Under the pieces are notes generated by a model. It was not told the origin of the DNA and searched no databases. It saw only the letters and a list, made by a program, of their open reading frames with translations. A DNA stretch of 64,000 nucleotides from an uncultured Actinomycetes bacterium (GTDB lineage Bacteria; Actinomycetota; UBA4738; HRBIN12). The position numbers and the translations under genes are program-made. The stretch is taken from the NCBI GenBank assembly GCA_963704885.1, contig CAVPIB010000004.1, positions 800,001-864,000 of the forward strand, read 5' to 3'. Shown here piece after piece: positions 57,616 to 64,000 of this stretch (positions within the stretch are counted from its first letter, which is position 1; each line of letters opens with the position of its first letter).

Positions 57616-57639
57616 AAGGGCGGCCCTCGGGCCGCCCTT
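57616..57639. terminator. Bidirectional terminator between convergent genes
   Basis: aagggcggccc-tc-gggccgccctt. Confidence 0.75.
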
Positions 57640-57670
57640 CCGGCTCCCCCGGTGCTCATCCGGTGGAAGC

Positions 57671-60600
57671 TTAGGTAACCGTGAAGACCCTCCAGATGGT
57701 GTTCGCGCCCAGGTTCCCGGCCGCATCCAACGCTCGCGCCTGGAAGCCATAGCCACCGGTCCCCGGTGGGTTGAAGATGTATGTCCAACCCGTGTTGACG
57801 CCGCCGGGCGTATCCAGAACGGCCGTCACGAAGGTGAAGGCTCCCCACCCCGATCCGTTCCACCACTGGCCGGTGGCAGCGTTCCTGATCGAGACGCGAA
57901 CCACCGTGACGCCGACCTCGTCGGAGGCGGTGCCGCTCACCGTGATCGGCGCCGGCCCCGACGAGTTGTTCAATGGCGTGCTGACGAGGGTCACAGGTGC
58001 CGACGTGTCGACGAACGGCGGCTGGATCGTGAAGCTCCGCGGCGCGGTGCTCGTGCCGAGGTTGCCGATCGAATCGACACCGCGGACCTGTACCGCGTAG
58101 CTGCCCGCGGCCGCGGGGTTGAACGTGTATGCGTAGCCCGTACTCGTGCCGCCCGGGTCGTCGAGCGTCGCGGTAACGAACGTGGTGCCGGTAACCCAGC
58201 CCGATCCGTTCCACCACTGCAGACTGTTGCTGTCCTGGATCGACACCCTCACGGCGGCGACCCCTGAGGGGTCTGAGGACGTCCCGCTCACGCCGACCGA
58301 GCCGAAAGGCAGAGACTGGCCGCTCGAGGGTGTGATCAGAGCGATCGTCGGCCCGGTCGTGTCTCCGCCGGGAGCCGTGATGTTGAAGTTCCTCCAGGTC
58401 GTGTTGCCGCCGACGTTCCCGCTGGTGTCCACCGACTTCACTTGGATCCCGAAGTTGCCTGCTATCCCGGGGTCGAACGGATAACTCCAGTTCACGGCGA
58501 CGCCGCCGGGATCGTCCAACGTGGCCACGACGTATGAACCACCGGCCCCCCAACCGGTGCCGGTCCACCATTGCAGGGTGGCGTTGTTGCGGATGGCCAC
58601 GCGGACCGCGGCCACCCCCGAGTTGTCGGTTGCGGATCCGCTGATGCCGATCGGTGCCGGTCCTGATGAACCGTTGACCGGTGAGGAGATGGTCGTGTCG
58701 GGCAAGGTCGTGTCCACAGGAAGAACCGTGAATGCACGGGACGCAGGTGACGTGTCGACGTTGGTCGCGGCGTCGGTCGCTCTGGCGAACGCCGTATAAC
58801 CGCCCGAGGCTGGCGAGTGCCAGGCGTATGACCAACCCGTCGAGGGAGCACCCGGAGAGAAGAGCGTAGTGCCGAGCCACTGCTGCGAACCGGTCCAGGC
58901 CGACCCACTCCACCACTGGCCGGTTCCGTCGTCGCGGATCGATACGGCGACCGACACGACGCCGACGTTGTCGGTCGCGTCTCCCGCTATCCCCACCGTG
59001 CCCGCCGGCACGGACTGCCCCGAGGTCGGCGCCGTGATAGAGGTATCGGGCGAAACCGCATCGCTGACACCTGCCACCGTGAACCGCGTGAAGGGGGCAT
59101 CGGTTTCGACGTTCCCGGCAGCATCCAGCGCCCTCGACGTAACGAAGTAAGAGCCACTGCCTGCGGCTCCACCGAAGAAGCTGTAGCTCCAGGTCGTCTC
59201 GAGCGCCCCCGGAGTGACCACGGTGCCCGGGATCCAGATCTGGGATCCGTTGACGAACGTCCCCGTGCCCGGGTTGAACCAGCGGTTCGTGTTCCGATCC
59301 TTGATCGAGACCTGAGCTTGCGTGATGCCGACGTTGTCGCCCGCGGTCCCCTGGAATGTGACCGGGCCTACCGGCACCGTGGCGTCGATGGGCGGCGCGG
59401 TGATCGAAGTGACCGGCGGAAGCTTGTCGCCGGGTGACCCAGCGGTCGAGAAGTCGACGACCGGGATCGTCGCCGATGCGATCGACGAGATGTCGGTACC
59501 CCGCACCTCAGCGTGGTAATGCCTGTCGTAATCCGCGCCATTGAACGCGAACGAATAGGTCATGCTCGTGATCGAGGCGCCGGAAACAGGCGCCTGGTTC
59601 CATCTCTGCGCGGAGCCCCAAGTGGCGGTCCTGGAATCCCACCAGAGGTTCGTGTCGGTGTCCTTCACGGATACCTCGACCTGCGCGACGCCGAACGGCG
59701 CCGAATCCGTCGCCGAGCCCGAGATCCGAAGGCCACTCGCCGCGATGGTGGCACCGTTCGTAGGCGACGAGATCGTCACGACTGGTTTCTTGTTGTCGCC
59801 CGTCGGCTTAGGCACGGTGGTGGAGTAGACCTGGATGCGGTCGTTGGCCGAGTCGGCTACGTACAGGTTGCCCACAGCATCGTGAGTGATACCGGCCGGA
59901 TTGCTGAATTGGTAGGGACCAGTTCCGTAACCCCCCCACTTCCCCAAGTAGGCCCCGTTCAGGTCGAACGCCTGGATCCGCGAGAGTTGCGTGTCGGTGA
60001 TGTAGACGACCCCGTTCACTATGGTGATGCCCCAAGGGTTCTGAAACTGGCCGTTTCCGGACCCTGTGCTTCCCCACGTCCGGATCGTCGTCCCGAGGTT
60101 GGGTGACAGCACAGTTACCTTGTCGCTGGACCATGAGACCACGTACACGTTGCCGGTGGACGGATCGACGGCGACACCGTTGTTGCTCAGGCTCTTCTGA
60201 TTGATCTCGACACCGGTGTCTGCGTTCAGACGTTTGACCACTCCCGAGTTGTAGTCGCCGATGTACGCAAACCCTCCGTAGAAGTCTGCATCAACCGGCC
60301 ACCGGAAGTACCCCGCGGCAGAGGAGTCGTTCGTCTCCGACCCGAGCGTGTCAACGTAGCTTGCGTCGGCGTTGAACCGGCGGATGTTGTGCGCACGGGT
60401 GTTCGTCACCCAGAGCCGGTTGAGGTCCTGGTCGAACCCGATACCGCGCGGATAGTCGAAACCGTACGGAGCGAGCGAGTTGCGTTTGCCGTACGACGCC
60501 TCGACCGATCCATCTGGCAGGAAGACCTGGAAGCGCTGCGCCCAGGTATCAGCGACGTAGACCTTGCCTGTGTCGTTGTCGACGGCGACGCCACGCGGCT

Positions 60601-61687
60601 GGGAGAGCGAACCAACGGGCGCGCCGGCAGCCGGGTCGGGATATATGCCCTTCAGCGTGCCGTTCGGCGTGAACCGTTGGAACCGGAAGTTGCCGTAGTC
60701 GGCGTCCCAAACGTCGCCGTCGGGCCCAACCGTGAGTTGGCGGCCGCCGTCTGCGAACTGGCCCGGCCCCGAGCCGTTGGAGCCCCAGTTCTTGAGCGGC
60801 GTACCGGTGAGCGTGAACTTCTCCACCTGCCCGGCGTCCGAGTCGTTCACGTAGAGCCAGCCGTTGACCTCGTCGACCGCGACACCGCGAAGGTCGCTCG
60901 AGAATTGCCCGACCGCGTCCCCGGGGCCTCCGATATCGCGGATCCACGTGGGCGTCGAAGTGCCGGCCGTCGCGTAGACGTGGACCTCTTTGTTCGTAGA
61001 GTCGTTGATATAGAGGTTGTCGCTTGCGTCCATCGCGATGCCGTACCCGATCCCCATCGCCCCGTTGTTGCTCCCCCACGTACCGAAGCTCCGGCAGGCG
61101 TAGGTACCGGAGGTTGCCTTGAGGCAACCCGATGTGCTGCCGGTAGGCGAGAACTGGCGGATCTTGGGCGGCGTAGACGAGTTGTTCCAGTAATGAGCGT
61201 CCTGTACCCAGATGTTGCCGTACGAGTCGACCGTCAGCCACACGTGATAGTGGTTGCCGCTCGTGAACCCGGACAGTGAGATCCTGGCGAGGAAGACCCC
61301 CGTCTTGTCGTAGCGGGCCACCACCCCTCGCGCGCCGCCGTCCGCGAGCTCGGGCACCAGGATGTCACCGTTTCTGGGATCGACCGCTAGCGAGTATGGC
61401 TGTCCATCCGGGTTGGGTCGATAGAACGACCCCAGCAGGTTCCCGTTCATGTCGTATCGACGGATCTGGAAGTTCAGGTAGTCCCCGACCACGATCTCGT
61501 TGCTCACGGGGTTGTATTGGATCCCCCAGGCGAACACAGCAGGCTCGCCATTGCCGCTTATCGACCTCATGATCGAGGGAGGAGACCATGCGGCTTCCGC
61601 AGGGGCGGCGGAGGCGACCGTCAACGCGACCGACGACACGCAAAGGGCCAGGGCGCCGACGAAGAGACGGGGGAGGCGAGCGTGCAT
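57671..61687 (-). CDS. Secreted NHL-repeat double beta-propeller + 6 Ig-like domains (NHL-E)
   Basis: Signal ending AEA; VFAWGIQYNP..NEI.VGDYLNFQ; NHL repeats; six Ig-like modules. Confidence 0.87.
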   Translation of the reverse strand: MHARLPRLFVGALALCVSSVALTVASAAPAEAAWSPPSIMRSISGNGEPAVFAWGIQYNPVSNEIVVGDYLNFQIRRYDMNGNLLGSFYRPNPDGQPYSLAVDPRNGDILVPELADGGARGVVARYDKTGVFLARISLSGFTSGNHYHVWLTVDSYGNIWVQDAHYWNNSSTPPKIRQFSPTGSTSGCLKATSGTYACRSFGTWGSNNGAMGIGYGIAMDASDNLYINDSTNKEVHVYATAGTSTPTWIRDIGGPGDAVGQFSSDLRGVAVDEVNGWLYVNDSDAGQVEKFTLTGTPLKNWGSNGSGPGQFADGGRQLTVGPDGDVWDADYGNFRFQRFTPNGTLKGIYPDPAAGAPVGSLSQPRGVAVDNDTGKVYVADTWAQRFQVFLPDGSVEASYGKRNSLAPYGFDYPRGIGFDQDLNRLWVTNTRAHNIRRFNADASYVDTLGSETNDSSAAGYFRWPVDADFYGGFAYIGDYNSGVVKRLNADTGVEINQKSLSNNGVAVDPSTGNVYVVSWSSDKVTVLSPNLGTTIRTWGSTGSGNGQFQNPWGITIVNGVVYITDTQLSRIQAFDLNGAYLGKWGGYGTGPYQFSNPAGITHDAVGNLYVADSANDRIQVYSTTVPKPTGDNKKPVVTISSPTNGATIAASGLRISGSATDSAPFGVAQVEVSVKDTDTNLWWDSRTATWGSAQRWNQAPVSGASITSMTYSFAFNGADYDRHYHAEVRGTDISSIASATIPVVDFSTAGSPGDKLPPVTSITAPPIDATVPVGPVTFQGTAGDNVGITQAQVSIKDRNTNRWFNPGTGTFVNGSQIWIPGTVVTPGALETTWSYSFFGGAAGSGSYFVTSRALDAAGNVETDAPFTRFTVAGVSDAVSPDTSITAPTSGQSVPAGTVGIAGDATDNVGVVSVAVSIRDDGTGQWWSGSAWTGSQQWLGTTLFSPGAPSTGWSYAWHSPASGGYTAFARATDAATNVDTSPASRAFTVLPVDTTLPDTTISSPVNGSSGPAPIGISGSATDNSGVAAVRVAIRNNATLQWWTGTGWGAGGSYVVATLDDPGGVAVNWSYPFDPGIAGNFGIQVKSVDTSGNVGGNTTWRNFNITAPGGDTTGPTIALITPSSGQSLPFGSVGVSGTSSDPSGVAAVRVSIQDSNSLQWWNGSGWVTGTTFVTATLDDPGGTSTGYAYTFNPAAAGSYAVQVRGVDSIGNLGTSTAPRSFTIQPPFVDTSAPVTLVSTPLNNSSGPAPITVSGTASDEVGVTVVRVSIRNAATGQWWNGSGWGAFTFVTAVLDTPGGVNTGWTYIFNPPGTGGYGFQARALDAAGNLGANTIWRVFTVT

Positions 61688-61695
61688 GATCTTCC

Positions 61696-64000
61696 TCAGG
61701 TCACCGTGAAGTTCACGAACGGGTTGGTCGTGAAGTTGCCTGCCGCGTCATCTGCGCGGACCATCAGGCCGTAGCTGGCGGCGGTCGCCACGAACCCGGA
61801 ACTCCACGATGTGGATGGTGCACCCGGCGAACCCATGGTGGCATCGCTGGCCCACGTGAATGTCGACTGCCACGTCGCGCCGTTCCACCACTGGTTCGTC
61901 GTCTTGTTCTTGATCGCGACACGCACCCTGGTGACACCGACGTTGTCCGTGGCGTTCCCGGACAAGTTGATCATGCCCGCCGGGAAGCCCTGGTTGTTCG
62001 TCGGCACCGTCGTGGTCGGCACCGGAGCTTGGGTGTCAGAGGTCGTCGACGTGACGGTGAAGTTCACGAACGAGTTGGTCGTGAAGTTGCCCGCGGCATC
62101 ATCTGCGCGAACCATCAGGCCGTAGCTGGCGGCGGTCGCCACGAACCCGGAACTCCACGATGTGGATGGTGCACCCGGCGAACCCATGGTGGCATCGCTG
62201 GCCCACGTGAATGTCGACTGCCACGTCGCGCCGTTCCACCACTGGTTCGTCGTCTTGTTCTTGATCGCGACACGCACCCTGGTGACACCGACGTTGTCCG
62301 TGGCGTTCCCGGACAAGTTGATCATGCCCGCCGGGAAGCCCTGGTTGTTCGTCGGCACCGTCGTGGTCGGCACCGGAGCTTGGGTGTCAGGTGCGCTCGC
62401 GGTAACGCTGAACTGGATCCACGGGCGCGTTGGATCTTCATTCCCGACGGCATCTTTCGTCACGACGCTTACGGCGAAGTTACCGACGACGGGGGTCCAC
62501 GTTGCCGTCCAGTTCACCGCCGTCGAACCAGGGACATCCAGTGTCGCCATCTGCCGGTAGACCTTCGACCCCCAAGTGCCGTCGGACTGCAGCCACAGGC
62601 CGCTGTCGCGGTTCTTGATCCCTACTTCGACCGACGCGACGCCGCTCTGGTCGTCGATCGCCGTGCCTGCGATGGTGCCGATCGAACCCACCACATAAAC
62701 ACCGTTCTGGATAGGCAGTGTCACGGAAGCGTCGGGCGCACCCGTGTCCGGCGGCGCGGGCGGCGTTTGCATGACGCTCCAGAACGTCACGCTGTTGTGG
62801 AGGTGATCGGAGACGGCCAGCGTTTGTCCGTCGGGTGATAGAGCGACGCCCTTGGGGGCATCTAGCGCGCCCGCACCGAAAGCCGCGATCGGAGTACCGG
62901 AGGTACCGAATATCTGCACGCGGTCGTTACCCGTATCCGCGACGAACAGGACTTCGGCGTCGTTCACGACGCCGAAGGAGATGTTGTGCGGGTCCTTCAG
63001 CAGCCCCGGCCCGGTCCCCTTGTTAACGATCGTGCCGATAAGGGTGCCTGTGTCGTCGTACTTCGTGATCGAGTCCGCCGCTCCGTCGTTCGCCACGAAG
63101 ACGTCACCGGCGGAATCGATCGCGATGCCGCGCGGCTGGCTGACGCCGTTCGTTACGGTCTTGAGGACGATCCCCGCGGCATCGAAGTGGAGCAGCCGGT
63201 TGTTGTCCGTGTCGGCGACCCAGTAGGTGCCGTTCGCGGCGATCGCCGTCTCGTGCGGCCGACCTAGTCCGGTCGAGAGCGGAGCGATCGCGTTGATGAA
63301 GGAGCCGCTCGGGTTGAACAACGAGAGTCTGTTGTTCTCGCTGTCGGTGACGACGATCGTGCCGTCGGTAGCCACCGTGACCGCCCGTGGGAACGTCAAG
63401 CCTCCAGCGACCGGGCCATAGGTGCCCCACTGGGTGGCGAAACTGCGGTTGGCGTTGAACTTCTCGATCCGGTGGTTGAACCAGTCCGCCACGTACAACT
63501 CACCGCCGGGCCCGTAAGTGAGGCCGAACGGTCCGTTGAAGCCGCCCGCCGCTGGCGGCGTACCGCCGATCGTCTCGGCGTAGACCGGGGCACCCGATCC
63601 GTCCACCGTGAAGCGCTCGAGTTGGAAGGACCACTGATCGCCCACGACGACACTGCCGTTGGCGAGGAAGATGCCGGACTGCTGACGGAACTGGCTCGGG
63701 CCGGTGCCGTAACCAGCGCTCGTTGCCGCGATCAGGGATCCGTTGTTCTGCACGTGGACCAGGAGGTAGTTCTTCGCGTCGCCGATCCAGAGACCTCCGC
63801 TGCCATCGGACGCGATGGCGCGAGGCCGATCGATCGCGAAGCTGCCGATCCCGGCACCGGTGGTCTTGTTGATCGAGACCACGCGGTCGTTGTCAGTGTC
63901 GCCGGCGTACAGGTTGCCGTCGCTGCCGATGGTCACGGTTCTCGGCCGGGATAGCGGGGTGCCGCCCACCGACGTCGTCGACCAGATCTCGGCATCGGTG
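61696..64000 (-). CDS. NHL-repeat protein + 3 Ig-like domains (NHL-F), 5' end beyond the window
   Basis: NHL repeats (YVADWFNHRIEKF, WVADTDNNRL); the frame is open to the window edge; stops 8 bp before the NHL-E start. Confidence 0.85.
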   Translation of the reverse strand, partial: TDAEIWSTTSVGGTPLSRPRTVTIGSDGNLYAGDTDNDRVVSINKTTGAGIGSFAIDRPRAIASDGSGGLWIGDAKNYLLVHVQNNGSLIAATSAGYGTGPSQFRQQSGIFLANGSVVVGDQWSFQLERFTVDGSGAPVYAETIGGTPPAAGGFNGPFGLTYGPGGELYVADWFNHRIEKFNANRSFATQWGTYGPVAGGLTFPRAVTVATDGTIVVTDSENNRLSLFNPSGSFINAIAPLSTGLGRPHETAIAANGTYWVADTDNNRLLHFDAAGIVLKTVTNGVSQPRGIAIDSAGDVFVANDGAADSITKYDDTGTLIGTIVNKGTGPGLLKDPHNISFGVVNDAEVLFVADTGNDRVQIFGTSGTPIAAFGAGALDAPKGVALSPDGQTLAVSDHLHNSVTFWSVMQTPPAPPDTGAPDASVTLPIQNGVYVVGSIGTIAGTAIDDQSGVASVEVGIKNRDSGLWLQSDGTWGSKVYRQMATLDVPGSTAVNWTATWTPVVGNFAVSVVTKDAVGNEDPTRPWIQFSVTASAPDTQAPVPTTTVPTNNQGFPAGMINLSGNATDNVGVTRVRVAIKNKTTNQWWNGATWQSTFTWASDATMGSPGAPSTSWSSGFVATAASYGLMVRADDAAGNFTTNSFVNFTVTSTTSDTQAPVPTTTVPTNNQGFPAGMINLSGNATDNVGVTRVRVAIKNKTTNQWWNGATWQSTFTWASDATMGSPGAPSTSWSSGFVATAASYGLMVRADDAAGNFTTNPFVNFTVT
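61707..62390. repeat. 351-bp tandem intragenic duplication (last two Ig-like domains of NHL-F)
   Basis: 61707..62039 is nearly identical to 62058..62390. Confidence 0.92.

Noticed and set aside
1-64000. Numerous long antisense or alternate-frame ORFs (e.g. 696..1748, 12161..13381, 27063..28673, 57561..58916)
   Set aside because: These are shadow ORFs typical of high-GC DNA. They overlap well-supported genes and have no motifs.
1-64000. CRISPR array, tRNA, rRNA, prophage or IS element
   Set aside because: No regularly spaced repeats, RNA-gene signatures, integrase, transposase or phage structural gene set were seen; the repeats present are protein-coding.

Overview
High-GC, Actinomycetota-like chromosomal DNA (TANNNT -10 boxes directly before start codons, AXA-type Sec signals). 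It is probably a long-read metagenome assembly, because several intact-looking genes carry single-base indels in short homopolymers. Four blocks are present. (1) 0.1-15 kb, metabolic/housekeeping: Tat phosphoesterase, radical SAM/SPASM protein, typA, and an unexpected serine-cycle-like module (damaged ppc, glyoxylate aminotransferase, mcl, mtkA, mtkB). (2) 15-28.7 kb, secreted surface proteins: two IPT/TIG proteins sharing a di-Cys C-terminal domain, a TolB/PD40 protein, and three tandem RTX Ca-binding proteins. These lie downstream of a membrane-anchored ECF sigma factor whose GAGCAACC-N15-CGTT promoter motif recurs upstream of the array. (3) 28.8-41.2 kb, a sulfated-polysaccharide locus: two GT4s, a sulfotransferase, a MurJ/MviN-type flippase, a GHL15-like hydrolase, a BNR protein and PhoD. 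(4) 36.5 to >64 kb, overlapping block 3: six paralogous NHL beta-propeller proteins and two further GHL15-like proteins, together carrying 24 copies of a Trp-rich Ig-like module, plus a readable tandem-duplication scar. Blocks 3-4 are the best candidate for an undescribed system. No rRNA, tRNA, CRISPR array or transposase was recognised. All family calls come from motif recognition, not database searches.
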